Positions 39,590 to 49,592 of a DNA stretch of 64,000 bases are shown here, in pieces. How positions within the stretch are numbered: the stretch's first letter is position 1; the number at the start of each line of letters is the position of its first letter. Origin of the DNA: Thermodesulfobium acidiphilum (GTDB taxonomy: Bacteria > Thermodesulfobiota > Thermodesulfobiia > Thermodesulfobiales > Thermodesulfobiaceae); assembly GCF_003057965.1 (NCBI RefSeq), contig NZ_CP020921.1, forward strand, positions 608,916-672,915, written 5' to 3'. The translations under genes were made by a program, and so were the position numbers. Below the pieces are notes generated by a model. The model saw only the letters and a list, made by a program, of their open reading frames with translations, was not told the origin of the DNA and ran no database searches.

Positions 39590-41301
39590 AATTATCCAAA
39601 TTGTTTTTCAAGACTCTTAAAGAAGTACCTGGTGACGCTGAGGCTATTAGCCACGTTCTTTTGTTAAGGGCTGGTTATATAAGGCGTCTTAGTTCTGGTA
39701 TTTATACATATTTACCATTAGCTAAAAAGGTGTTATTAAAGATTGAGAATATAGTTCGTGAGGAAATGATTAATATTAATTCTCAAGAGTTATTACTTCC
39801 TGCTCTTCAACCAAGAGAAATTTGGGAAATTTCGGGGAGATGGAAAAAATACGGTCCTGAACTTATGAGATTTAAGGATAGACATGATAAAGAGTACGCT
39901 CTTGGCCCTACACATGAAGAAGTTATAACTGATTTGATAAATAAGGAGGTTAATTCTTATAAACAACTCCCAATTTCTGTATTTCAAATACAAACAAAAT
40001 TTAGAGACGAAATAAGACCCAGGTTTGGTTTGATGAGAACAAGAGAGTTTATTATGAAAGATGCCTATAGCTTTCACAGAAACGAAGAGGATCTTGATAA
40101 AACTTATTGGGATATGTTTCACGCTTATGAAAAAATTCTTACAAGGATGGGGTTAAATTTTAAGTCAGTTGAAGCAGATTCTGGAGCTATTGGTGGAAGC
40201 GTTTCCCATGAATTTATGGTTTTAACTCCTTTTGGGGAAGATAAGATTCTCTATTGTTCAAGCTGTCCTTATGCGGCAAATCTTGAAAAGGCTACATCAA
40301 CTTATGAGCCCTTTTATAGTGCTGGGGGAGAGTTTTCTGAGTTAGAGATTATTCCAACACCTAATGCAAAAACAGTTAATGAGGTTTCGGAATATATTGG
40401 AGTAGACCATAAGTTTATCTTAAAATCTCTAATGTATAGAATCGAAGGAAAGCCTACTATGATAGTTGTAGCTGGTGATGATGAGTTAAACGAGATAAAG
40501 TTAAAAAATGCTCTTCCTGGGAAAGAACTGTCAATGATGACACCTGAAGAAATTAAGCAAGAATTAAATTTATCTGTTGGTTCAATAGGACCAGTAAAAA
40601 TTGATAATATAGATTTAATTTGTGACAAAAGAGTATGTGTTGAAAATGTAGCTTTTTATGCTGGGGCAAATAAAGAAGGTTATCATTATAAAAATGTTTA
40701 CTTTAAAAGAGATTTTTATACAGATAAAATTTTTGATTTGAGAACTTCAAAGGCTGGAGAATCCTGTCCCCGTTGTGGTTCTAAATTGCTGGAAAGTATT
40801 GGAAGCGAAGCTGGTCACGTATTTAAACTCGGTACTAAATACAGTGAACCAATGAAAGCTTATTTTAAAGATGAAGATGGTAAAGAGAAGCCATTTGAAA
40901 TGGGATGTTATGGAATTGGCATCTCAAGACTTCTTGCTATTGTTGTTGAACAACACCATGATGAGTTTGGAATTATATGGCCAAATTCTATCTCTCCTTA
41001 CCAGGTGATTATTATCCCTGCAAACATAAATGATGAAAATCAGCTAGCAACATCTGAAATGATTTTTTATGAGATAAGGCAAAGAGGTATAAGTGTTTTG
41101 TTTGATGATAGAGATGAGAGAGCTGGAGTGAAATTCAAAGATGCTGATCTCCTTGGGATTCCAATTAAAATTATTATAGGTAGCCATTTTTCTAAATCTG
41201 GTCTTATTGAGATAAAAGTTCGAAGGGATGGAAGTTCAAATCTTGTCCCGCCAGATGAAGCTAGTGTGTATGTCTCTTTAAAATTGAGACAGATAGTGTA
41301 A
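39586..41301 (+). CDS. proS: Proline--tRNA ligase (bacterial type with editing insertion)
   Basis: LGPTHEE, KFRDE.RPRFG, REF.MKDAYSF, MGCYGIG. Confidence 0.97.
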   Translation: MKLSKLFFKTLKEVPGDAEAISHVLLLRAGYIRRLSSGIYTYLPLAKKVLLKIENIVREEMININSQELLLPALQPREIWEISGRWKKYGPELMRFKDRHDKEYALGPTHEEVITDLINKEVNSYKQLPISVFQIQTKFRDEIRPRFGLMRTREFIMKDAYSFHRNEEDLDKTYWDMFHAYEKILTRMGLNFKSVEADSGAIGGSVSHEFMVLTPFGEDKILYCSSCPYAANLEKATSTYEPFYSAGGEFSELEIIPTPNAKTVNEVSEYIGVDHKFILKSLMYRIEGKPTMIVVAGDDELNEIKLKNALPGKELSMMTPEEIKQELNLSVGSIGPVKIDNIDLICDKRVCVENVAFYAGANKEGYHYKNVYFKRDFYTDKIFDLRTSKAGESCPRCGSKLLESIGSEAGHVFKLGTKYSEPMKAYFKDEDGKEKPFEMGCYGIGISRLLAIVVEQHHDEFGIIWPNSISPYQVIIIPANINDENQLATSEMIFYEIRQRGISVLFDDRDERAGVKFKDADLLGIPIKIIIGSHFSKSGLIEIKVRRDGSSNLVPPDEASVYVSLKLRQIV

Positions 41302-41302
41302 T

Positions 41303-43405
41303 ATGCTTAATAAAATTAAGAAATTTGTAATTTTTATAGGTATATTTTTAACACTTTTTTTAATTGGACTTCTAACTGGAATAACAATATACTCCTTTAT
41401 TAAAGTTCCAAACGTAGAAAGTCTTGAGAACTATGCTCCTCCTGAAGCTACTCAAATATTTGACAGAAATGGTAAATTAATAACTACGTTGTATGATTCC
41501 GAAAATAGAATAGTTGTACCTTTAAAGGATATTCCTAAAAGTTTGCAAGATGCAGTTATAGCTGTCGAAGATTCGAGATTTTACTCAGAAATAGGTTTTG
41601 ATCCTATAGGAATAATAAGGGCCTTTATAGCTGACGTTACACACAGAAAAGAAATTGAGGGAGGAAGCACTCTAACTCAACAACTGGTTAAAAATATTTA
41701 TCTTACTCCACAACAGACTATTATGAGAAAGCTTGTTGAACTGGTTATTGCAATAAGAGTGGATCTTACGCTTAGTAAGGCTAAGATTTTAGAGTTATAT
41801 CTTAATGAAATATATTTAGGTCATGGAACCAATGGTGTTGAAGCAGCTTCAAAATATTATTTTAACAAAGATGTAAAAGATCTTAATTTAGCGGAATCTG
41901 CGATGCTTGCAGGTTTGATAAGTGCACCTGAATATTATTCTCCAGTAAGAAATTTTAAGTTGGCCAAAGAACGTCAGAAAATTGTGTTAAACAGAATGGT
42001 AGATGTAGGCTTTATTACCAAGGCTCAAGCGGTTGAGGCATACAACCAACCTATTAAAATTGCTCATTCTAACTCAAAATGGGGTGGTATTGCTCCATAC
42101 TTTGTTGATCACATATTGCAAGAAATGGCAAAAAAATATGGTTATAACGAAGTTTATACTGGCGGTTTGAAAATTTATACTACTCTTGATTACAATATGC
42201 AAGAAGAAGCCGATAAATTAGTCAAAGAATATGTAAAAAAATATAAATACCTACACGTATCAGAAGGCGCACTCGTTGCTATTGATCCTCAAAATGGAGA
42301 AATAAGAGCGTATGTAGGTGGAACCAGTTATGAAAAAAGTCAATTTGATAGAGTTATTATGGCAGAGAGACAACCCGGTTCTGCATTTAAACCCTTTGTT
42401 TATTTAACTGCTCTTGAAGAAGGAATGAGTCCTAATACTATGTTATCTGATACACCTGTTACATATCCTACGCCAGAAGGTCCATGGAGCCCTCAGAACT
42501 ATGATAGAACCTTTATGGGGAATATTCCTATGTGGGAAGCTTTGATGCTTTCTAGAAATGTTCCTAGTGTAAAATTACTGGCTATGGTAGGAGTAGAGAA
42601 TGCAATTAAAACAGCTAGAAAAGCTGGTATTAAAAGTCATTTAAACGCAAATCTTGCTCTTGCCCTGGGTGCAAGTGATGTAAACTTGCTTGAAATTACT
42701 TCTGCTTATGGAGTTTTTGCTAATAGGGGTATTAGGGTTGAGCCAATTTTTGTAACCAAAGTTTTGGATAGAAATGGTAAAGTGTTAGAAGAAAATAAGC
42801 CTATACCTCAGAGGGTATTCGATGAAAAATATATATCAGTTCTTGATAATATGCTTACTAACGTAATATTGCATGGTACAGGAATGGCAGCAAATATTGG
42901 TAGGCCTGCTGCAGGCAAAACTGGTACTACTGATGACTTTAGGAATGCATGGTTTATAGGCTTTACCCCTAATTTAGTTTGTGGAGTATGGGTAGGCAAT
43001 GATGATAATTCACCAATGGATGGTGTAGTTGGTGGCTTTATTCCTGCCGAAATTTGGGCTTCATTTATGAAAAGTGCTCTTGCAGGTACACCTGTTGCTT
43101 ACTTTCCAAAGAGTTCGGAACCTATCGGTGGTCCATCGAGTGGAAATGAGGTTAGTGTATGGGTATGTGGTGATTCTGACAAGTTAGCAACAGATAGGTG
43201 CCCAAATCCTGTGTTAAAATCCTTTCCAAAGGACAAAGCCCCTACAGAATATGATAACAGATATCCAGGTAGTCCATATGTTCCAAAAGAGAAGAAAACT
43301 AAAGTGAATACTAATGAGAAACCACAAGTTTCAGGCGAAAATAATCATCCAACTACTATTCCAAAACATGAGAATAATTCAATTATTGTACTTCCCCAAA
43401 GATAG
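41303..43405 (+). CDS. Class A penicillin-binding protein (PBP1A family)
   Basis: Transglycosylase EDSRF, GGSTLTQQLVKN, RK..E, YLN.IY.G; transpeptidase SAFK, SRN, KTG. Confidence 0.95.
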   Translation: MLNKIKKFVIFIGIFLTLFLIGLLTGITIYSFIKVPNVESLENYAPPEATQIFDRNGKLITTLYDSENRIVVPLKDIPKSLQDAVIAVEDSRFYSEIGFDPIGIIRAFIADVTHRKEIEGGSTLTQQLVKNIYLTPQQTIMRKLVELVIAIRVDLTLSKAKILELYLNEIYLGHGTNGVEAASKYYFNKDVKDLNLAESAMLAGLISAPEYYSPVRNFKLAKERQKIVLNRMVDVGFITKAQAVEAYNQPIKIAHSNSKWGGIAPYFVDHILQEMAKKYGYNEVYTGGLKIYTTLDYNMQEEADKLVKEYVKKYKYLHVSEGALVAIDPQNGEIRAYVGGTSYEKSQFDRVIMAERQPGSAFKPFVYLTALEEGMSPNTMLSDTPVTYPTPEGPWSPQNYDRTFMGNIPMWEALMLSRNVPSVKLLAMVGVENAIKTARKAGIKSHLNANLALALGASDVNLLEITSAYGVFANRGIRVEPIFVTKVLDRNGKVLEENKPIPQRVFDEKYISVLDNMLTNVILHGTGMAANIGRPAAGKTGTTDDFRNAWFIGFTPNLVCGVWVGNDDNSPMDGVVGGFIPAEIWASFMKSALAGTPVAYFPKSSEPIGGPSSGNEVSVWVCGDSDKLATDRCPNPVLKSFPKDKAPTEYDNRYPGSPYVPKEKKTKVNTNEKPQVSGENNHPTTIPKHENNSIIVLPQR

Positions 43406-44060
43406 AAGAATATTTTTGAATTAGCCATTCTACAAATTTATAATATGAATTTTTATTCTTCTTTGAAATAAGAAAGATAGGTGATTCTTTGTTTAGCTTT
43501 CTAATTTCTGAAATGAAGACTTCTTCACTAAGATCAAGGAATGGTAAAAGGTCAACCTTTGTTAAAAGTATACATGAAGCTTCTTTAAAGAGAAGTGGGT
43601 ATTTTTCTGGTTTATCTTCACCTTCTGTTACACTTAATATTGCTACCTTTTCATGTTCTCCTAAATAAAATTCTGCAGGACAAACAAGATTACCAACGTT
43701 TTCTATAAATAGAATTTTTTCATGTTCTACATTAAATTGTTCGAATGCCTTTCTTATCATTTTGGATTCCAGATGACAAATACCATGCGTGTTAATCTGT
43801 ACGCATTTAATATCCTTTTTATTGATTCTCTCTGCATCCCTTGTGGTAGCGATGTCTCCTTCAATGACTAAAGATGGAAATCCTTTTTCATTTAAAATAG
43901 GTGTAATATTTTCTAAAAGAGTTGTTTTTCCTGAGCCAGGAGAGCTTATAAGATTGATAGTTAAGAGTTTTTTTGATTCAAAAATTTTTTTGTTGTTCTC
44001 TCCTTCTTTAACACTTTTTGATAGTATTGGGATATTTACGCTTATATCTTTAAGTTCCAT
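43383..44060 (-). CDS. hypB: Hydrogenase nickel incorporation GTPase HypB
   Basis: SSPGSGKTT, EGD, CH, ENVGNLVCPAEF, EG.DKP.KYP. Confidence 0.95.
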   Translation of the reverse strand: MELKDISVNIPILSKSVKEGENNKKIFESKKLLTINLISSPGSGKTTLLENITPILNEKGFPSLVIEGDIATTRDAERINKKDIKCVQINTHGICHLESKMIRKAFEQFNVEHEKILFIENVGNLVCPAEFYLGEHEKVAILSVTEGEDKPEKYPLLFKEASCILLTKVDLLPFLDLSEEVFISEIRKLNKESPIFLISKKNKNSYYKFVEWLIQKYSSIFGEVQ

Positions 44061-44102
44061 AACTTTCTTCCCTTCTTTTGTGTTTTTTAAAATTTTAAAG
44101 AA

Positions 44103-44447
44103 TTATTCTGCAATAATTTTATTGATTAACATCTCTCTGCCAGATTCTATAACTGTTTCAAACGAGTGACAATATGGGCATTCCATACTTATCATTCTAT
44201 CGCTTTCAAATATTTTTCCGCAATTCAAACAATGTAATTTTAGGTTTGCTTTGTTTATTTTCAAAATAGCTTCTTCTAGCATTGTTTCGTTTTTCATAAC
44301 ATCAAAAGCCGAAGCTAATAGATCAGTTTCTATCATGGCTCCAGCTCCAACAGTAATTTCTACCTCAAGAATTTTGTGCGCATTGTTCTGTTTTGCTTGT
44401 TCTGTAGTTATATCAATTATTTCTTGAACAATACTTGCTTCATGCAT
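44103..44447 (-). CDS. hypA: Hydrogenase nickel chaperone HypA
   Basis: MHE start, CLNC and CPYC Zn ligands, GRE. Confidence 0.95.
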   Translation of the reverse strand: MHEASIVQEIIDITTEQAKQNNAHKILEVEITVGAGAMIETDLLASAFDVMKNETMLEEAILKINKANLKLHCLNCGKIFESDRMISMECPYCHSFETVIESGREMLINKIIAE

Positions 44448-45551
44448 TTAATTAAATGCCTCCCAAAATGAGTTTTCCCATACTATCTTTTTTAACCTCG
44501 AACACAATTCATCTAAGATTTTTCTGTTTTCTTCGGTATTTTTTGTTGTAATAATTGCTATATTTTTAATATCAATTATAACATTGTTTTTATTGGTAAT
44601 AACTCTGATATCATATATGTTTGGCTCTTCATCAAAAGCAAGATTTAAGTTTTTTATTACAGATGTTATGTTGATAAATGGATTAGGGAAGATTTCAGGA
44701 TAATCCTGAAGATTGAACCAAAAATCTTTTTCAATATAGATATTTGGACCATCGTTAGTTACTCTGAAATAATCAGCAGCAATTCTTCGGTTAATTGTAA
44801 TCCCATCTTTTTTTAAATCTGCGATAATGTATTTAATTCTTTCTTCTGTTTTTGGATGGTTTCGATAAATTCCCCAATTTATATCTTGAGAACTTCTTTC
44901 TCTTGCGTTAAGCCTTTCCATTGTTGTTAATAATCCAACTGGATTGTATCCGCAAGCTATAGCGCACCTGATTGCAAATTCATCTGCTTGTTTTTCTAAC
45001 TCAATGGAATATTGATTCAGCATTGCCATTGAGAGAAGGCTTGCTGATTCAGTAGCTGCAGCATTTCCTCTTGATGCTATTATTACAGCAAGGGCTACAA
45101 GAGTGTACTTTTTTTGAAGTTCCATTTGTTTTCTGTGATGATCTAAAACTACATGCCCAGTTTCGTGTGAAAGTATGCACGCTAGTTCATCATCAGTTCT
45201 AACAAAGTTTAGCATTCCTGTTGTGACAAAAATAAAACCCCCTGGTAGAGCGAAGGCATTAACGTCGTTACTATAATATGCTCTTATTGTTAGTTTTAAA
45301 TCCTTAACTCCTGAAAATTCTCTGGCGTATTTTTGTAAACGTTCACCGATTTTGTTTAATCTTTCTTGAACTGTATGATCTTTTACGATCTTGTAATATG
45401 ATTCAATTTCCTTTGCAATTTTCTGACCTTCTTTATATTCAGCATCATAATTTACTATGGTTTGTGAATTAGCATTAATTTGAAGGTTTAAAATAAGATA
45501 GCATGTTAAGGTTATAAAAAAAAGCACTAATTTTTTTTTAAGCATTTTCAT
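44448..45551 (-). CDS. M48-family (BepA/HtpX-like) exported Zn metalloprotease
   Basis: Signal peptide; NAFALPGG, HETGH, E..AD, HP..EERI. Confidence 0.88.
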   Translation of the reverse strand: MKMLKKKLVLFFITLTCYLILNLQINANSQTIVNYDAEYKEGQKIAKEIESYYKIVKDHTVQERLNKIGERLQKYAREFSGVKDLKLTIRAYYSNDVNAFALPGGFIFVTTGMLNFVRTDDELACILSHETGHVVLDHHRKQMELQKKYTLVALAVIIASRGNAAATESASLLSMAMLNQYSIELEKQADEFAIRCAIACGYNPVGLLTTMERLNARERSSQDINWGIYRNHPKTEERIKYIIADLKKDGITINRRIAADYFRVTNDGPNIYIEKDFWFNLQDYPEIFPNPFINITSVIKNLNLAFDEEPNIYDIRVITNKNNVIIDIKNIAIITTKNTEENRKILDELCSRLKKIVWENSFWEAFN

Positions 45552-46368
45552 TTTCGTGGTTGTTTTGTTTCTTTTCTGGTTTTAATAGTGCTCCACAATA
45601 ACAGCAGAAAGTATCATCTTTGTCAAAAAGAGTCTTGTGGCAGAAAGGACACTTTGCTTCTGGTTTTCTGGGAAATTTTTTTATAGCTAAAACAATAATA
45701 AAAAACGATAAAACTATTAGTAAAATACCAAAAATTGTAAAGAGTATAGGTATAAAATCAGAAAAGTTATTAATTTTTTCGGGTTTATTAATTTTTTCAT
45801 TAGTTGGTGTTGTTTTTTCGGTCATGGCTTGTTTTTCTGTGTTATCCTTTTCCAAAACAATATTTTTAACAAAAATGGGTTTGTTCCCCTGGCTAATTAT
45901 AAGTTTGTATGTGCCATTGACTTCAGTTTGTACAGGTATAACTATGTTTGTTTCATCTACAACTTCAGTAACAGGTCTTTTTTGCCCATTATCGCTTACA
46001 ACAGAATACTTCCTTGCAAAGAAGACGATGTCAGTTGAATACAAGGATCTTGAATCTGGCGAATAAAAATTTAGCCTGTAAATTAATTTTGGTCCGGTTA
46101 TGGGAGGTTTATTTCCTAATTTAAGCCATGATTCAAGTACTGGCCCATAATCGGGAGTATTTTGAATGATTTCTTCCATCAGATTACTATCAGCTTTTAC
46201 ATGTACAGAAATGGAACTTAGAGAACTGTAGTTGCCATCTGGTTTTTCGTTCCCTGTAATAGAAAGATTTACCTGAAGTTGATCGTTTGCCCTTGCATTG
46301 GTGCTATTAAATAGAGTTGAAAATATATAAAGAGATAGGATTATTGCCCAAAAAAATTTTAATTTCAC
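45538..46368 (-). CDS. Hypothetical single-pass membrane protein with C-terminal Zn ribbon
   Basis: GTG start overlapping the argS stop (SD GGAGAG); signal peptide, extracellular domain, TM, CPFC...CCYCG. Confidence 0.6.
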   Translation of the reverse strand: MKLKFFWAIILSLYIFSTLFNSTNARANDQLQVNLSITGNEKPDGNYSSLSSISVHVKADSNLMEEIIQNTPDYGPVLESWLKLGNKPPITGPKLIYRLNFYSPDSRSLYSTDIVFFARKYSVVSDNGQKRPVTEVVDETNIVIPVQTEVNGTYKLIISQGNKPIFVKNIVLEKDNTEKQAMTEKTTPTNEKINKPEKINNFSDFIPILFTIFGILLIVLSFFIIVLAIKKFPRKPEAKCPFCHKTLFDKDDTFCCYCGALLKPEKKQNNHENENA

Positions 46369-47990
46369 ATTCTCTCCATTGGGATAATATTTAAATATGA
46401 CAATCCTCTTGAGAGGATATCGTGAACCTTTAAAATCAAAAGAAGCCTTGACCACTGAATTGACTTATCCCGATTAATTATCCTATTTTTTTGATAATAA
46501 ATATGAAACAGTCTTGCAAGATCGAGCATATAATTGACAAGATAATATGGTTCATAGTCACGTACTGCCTTTTCTCTAAAAAAGTCAAAATTGTCAATTT
46601 TCTTAATAATTTCGTATTCTTCTGATGCCTTTATATATTTTGAGTATTCAATTAAATTAGACGGTATTTCTTCATCAATGTTTCTTTTTATGCTGGATAT
46701 TCTTGCACATGCATATTGGATATAATAAAGAGGATTATCCATTGTAACTTCTTTTGCTTTATCTATATGAAAATCTATTGTACTATTTAAAGACCTTGAG
46801 GTTAAATAAAATCTTAAAATATCATGTCCAACGTCTTCTAAAAGTTCTTTTAAGGTAATCATATTGCCAGTTCTTTTTGACATACGTATGAGATTTTTGT
46901 TTTTATAGAGGTTTACTAATTGTCCCAAAAGCACTACAAGTCTTTCTTCAGGTAAATTTAGCGCTTTTAATGCACTTTTTAGCCTTGGTACATAGCCATG
47001 ATGATCTGTGCCCCATATATTTATATAAATGTCAAAATTTCTTTTGAATTTTTCATAATGATACGCTATATCAGCTGCAAAATATGTTGGAAGCCCATTC
47101 TCTCTTATTAATACTCTGTCTTCACTATCGAAATAATTAGAAGTTTTAAGCCAAAGGGCACCATCTTTTTTGTATGTTTGATTTTTTGATATTAAAAGTT
47201 CGATTATTTTATTAATTTTGTTTTCCTGGTGCAAGCTGCTTTCAAAGAAAAAAGAATCAAAAATAACTCCAAAATTTTTTAAAATTTCCTTTTGTTCTCC
47301 AAGCGCTATATTTAAAGCCTCTTCTTTTATGAGTTCAAAATGCAAGCTTTGATCCTCTTTAGATAAAAAGGGATATTTATTAAGAATTTTTTTTGCAATA
47401 TCTATAACATATTCGCCTTGATAGCCACCTTCCGGGAATATAAAATCTTGTTTTAGAATTTCTCTTATCCTAGCTATTATTGATAAGGTGAAAAGTTCCA
47501 TTTGATTGCCGTAATTGTTTACATAAAATTCAGTTTGGACATTGAAGCCGTAATCCTTTAAAATCCTAGTTAAAGAATCACCAAATGCTGCCCATCTGGC
47601 ATGACCTATGTGAAGTGGTCCTGTAGGATTTGCTGAAACGTATTCAATTAATATTGTTTTGGATTCAGAACTATTTAAATAAGGTTTAATAGTAAAATTT
47701 TGTAAAATATTTTGTAGAGCATGCTCTTTTAGACTTACATTTATAAATCCAGGATTGGCAACTTGAACTAAAAAATTATCGTCTTTAAAACTTTGAGCCA
47801 ACTTGTTTGCAATTTTGATAGGGTTTTCTTTTAAGTGTTTTGCAAGTTTCATTGAACTTAAAACAGTATAATCCCCATATTGAGGATTAGATATTTGTAT
47901 TTCTACAAAAGAATCGGGATTTTTAATTTCTGGATAAAGATTAATGATGTGTTTTTGTGTTTCTCTTTTTAAATGGTTGTAAAAAGACAA
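46365..47990 (-). CDS. argS: Arginine--tRNA ligase
   Basis: EYVSANPTGPLHIGH, YFAADIAYH, MSKRTG, YIQYA.AR. Confidence 0.97.
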   Translation of the reverse strand: MSFYNHLKRETQKHIINLYPEIKNPDSFVEIQISNPQYGDYTVLSSMKLAKHLKENPIKIANKLAQSFKDDNFLVQVANPGFINVSLKEHALQNILQNFTIKPYLNSSESKTILIEYVSANPTGPLHIGHARWAAFGDSLTRILKDYGFNVQTEFYVNNYGNQMELFTLSIIARIREILKQDFIFPEGGYQGEYVIDIAKKILNKYPFLSKEDQSLHFELIKEEALNIALGEQKEILKNFGVIFDSFFFESSLHQENKINKIIELLISKNQTYKKDGALWLKTSNYFDSEDRVLIRENGLPTYFAADIAYHYEKFKRNFDIYINIWGTDHHGYVPRLKSALKALNLPEERLVVLLGQLVNLYKNKNLIRMSKRTGNMITLKELLEDVGHDILRFYLTSRSLNSTIDFHIDKAKEVTMDNPLYYIQYACARISSIKRNIDEEIPSNLIEYSKYIKASEEYEIIKKIDNFDFFREKAVRDYEPYYLVNYMLDLARLFHIYYQKNRIINRDKSIQWSRLLLILKVHDILSRGLSYLNIIPMERM

Positions 47991-48048
47991 ATAAAACCTC
48001 CTTGCAAATTAATTTCTCAATAATCAATTATACAATATGAGTTTAAAG

Positions 48049-48077
48049 TTCACATTTTAAAAAAATTGTAGTAACAT
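48049..48077 (+). promoter_or_regulatory. Putative sigma70 promoter for the pyr operon
   Basis: TTCACA-17 bp-TAACAT ending 24 bp before the pyrR ATG. Confidence 0.4.
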
Positions 48078-48101
48078 ATACATAGTTAATAGGGAGGTAT
48101 T

Positions 48102-48626
48102 ATGCTCAAAGCAAAAATTTTAAATGAGCAGGAAATTGGTAAGATACTTCATCGATTAGTTTACGAAATTTATGAAAATCATAAAAATTTTAATGAGCTT
48201 TTGCTAGTAGGTTTATGGACAAGGGGCGTTTATTTAAGTAAACGTATTGCTGATATTTTTTTAAGAGAACAAGGGATAGAATTAGAAACTTCAGAATTGG
48301 ATGTCACACCATATAGAGATGATTTATATACTAAGGAAAAAATTCCTTTAAAAACTACTAATTTAATATCTACTCAAGATCGTTCGATTATAATTGTTGA
48401 TGATGTACTTTATACAGGGAGAACTGTGAGAGGAGCAATAGAAGCTATTTTTGATTTTGGTAGGCCTAAAAAAATAGAACTATTGGTACTTGTTGATCGA
48501 GGGCATAGAGAGCTTCCAATTAATGCGAACTATTTAGGTAGATATGTTCCAACTTCTTCTAGGGAAGATGTTAATGTAAGGCTTAAAGAGATTGATAATG
48601 TAGATGAGGTGACTATTTTAGTGTGA
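48102..48626 (+). CDS. pyrR: PyrR-family uracil phosphoribosyltransferase/regulator
   Basis: TRG, YRDDL, VDDVLYTGRT, DRGHRELPI. Confidence 0.94.
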   Translation: MLKAKILNEQEIGKILHRLVYEIYENHKNFNELLLVGLWTRGVYLSKRIADIFLREQGIELETSELDVTPYRDDLYTKEKIPLKTTNLISTQDRSIIIVDDVLYTGRTVRGAIEAIFDFGRPKKIELLVLVDRGHRELPINANYLGRYVPTSSREDVNVRLKEIDNVDEVTILV

Positions 48627-49555
48627 TTTCTCACTTGCTTAGCACTAAATATCTTGATTTAGATGAAATTTTAGAAATATTTAATAATGCAAAAAAATTT
48701 CTAGAGGTTTTAAATAGACCCACCAAAAAAATACCAATTCTTAAAGGCAAGCTTATTTTAACAGTTTTTTTTGAACCTAGCACACGAACGAGAACTTCTT
48801 TTGAAATTGCTGGCAAAACTCTAGGAGCGGATGTTGTGAACTTATCTGTTTCTCAAAGTTCTGCTAAAAAGGGTGAAACTATTAAAGATACGTGTTTGAC
48901 ACTTAATGCAATGAAGCCAGATTGTATTGTATTAAGACATTCGGTTTCGAAAATTCCAGAATATATAACGAATTTTACATCAGCAAAGATAATTAATGCA
49001 GGTGATGGTTCAAACGAGCATCCTTCTCAGGCTTTGCTTGATGCTTTTACGTTGATGCAACATTTTGGAGATCTTGAGGACAGAAAGATTTTGATCTTAG
49101 GAGACGTTTTAAATAGTAGGGTAGCAAGATCAAATATCTGGCTTTTAAAAAAATTAGGAGCTAAGGTTTCTCTTTGTGGGCCATCTACTCTTGTGAGAGA
49201 AGAATTTGAGAAAGAATGGGATGTAGATGTGTACTGGGATTTAGATAAGGCTATTAGTAATGTTGATGCGATTATAGTTCTTAGGATTCAACTAGAAAGG
49301 GCTGCAAGTGCTTGGATTCCTAGCACTAGAGAGTATTCTATTTTTTATGGTCTAAATCGCGAGAGATTGATAAAAAACAATAATGTTATAATTATGCACC
49401 CAGGACCTATGAACAGAGGTCTTGAGATATCATCTGATATAGCTGATGGCAGTAATGCGCTTATAAGAGACCAGGTAACAAATGGCGTAGCAATAAGAAT
49501 GTCTATTTTTTATCATTTGTTAGCTCGTAAAGCTGATAGCATAGGGATCATTTGA
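48623..49555 (+). CDS. pyrB: Aspartate carbamoyltransferase
   Basis: FFEPSTRTRTSFE, KGET, NAGDG, HPSQ, SRV, RIQ.ER, HPGP. Confidence 0.97.
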   Translation: MISHLLSTKYLDLDEILEIFNNAKKFLEVLNRPTKKIPILKGKLILTVFFEPSTRTRTSFEIAGKTLGADVVNLSVSQSSAKKGETIKDTCLTLNAMKPDCIVLRHSVSKIPEYITNFTSAKIINAGDGSNEHPSQALLDAFTLMQHFGDLEDRKILILGDVLNSRVARSNIWLLKKLGAKVSLCGPSTLVREEFEKEWDVDVYWDLDKAISNVDAIIVLRIQLERAASAWIPSTREYSIFYGLNRERLIKNNNVIIMHPGPMNRGLEISSDIADGSNALIRDQVTNGVAIRMSIFYHLLARKADSIGII

Positions 49556-49592
49556 AATTGAATTAATTTAGTAAACAGTGAGGTCTTTTTTA

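Noticed and set aside
46369..46455. N-terminal extension of the Zn-ribbon ORF given by the ORF track
   Set aside because: Overlaps the argS 3' end; GTG at 46368 has an SD and gives a clean signal peptide
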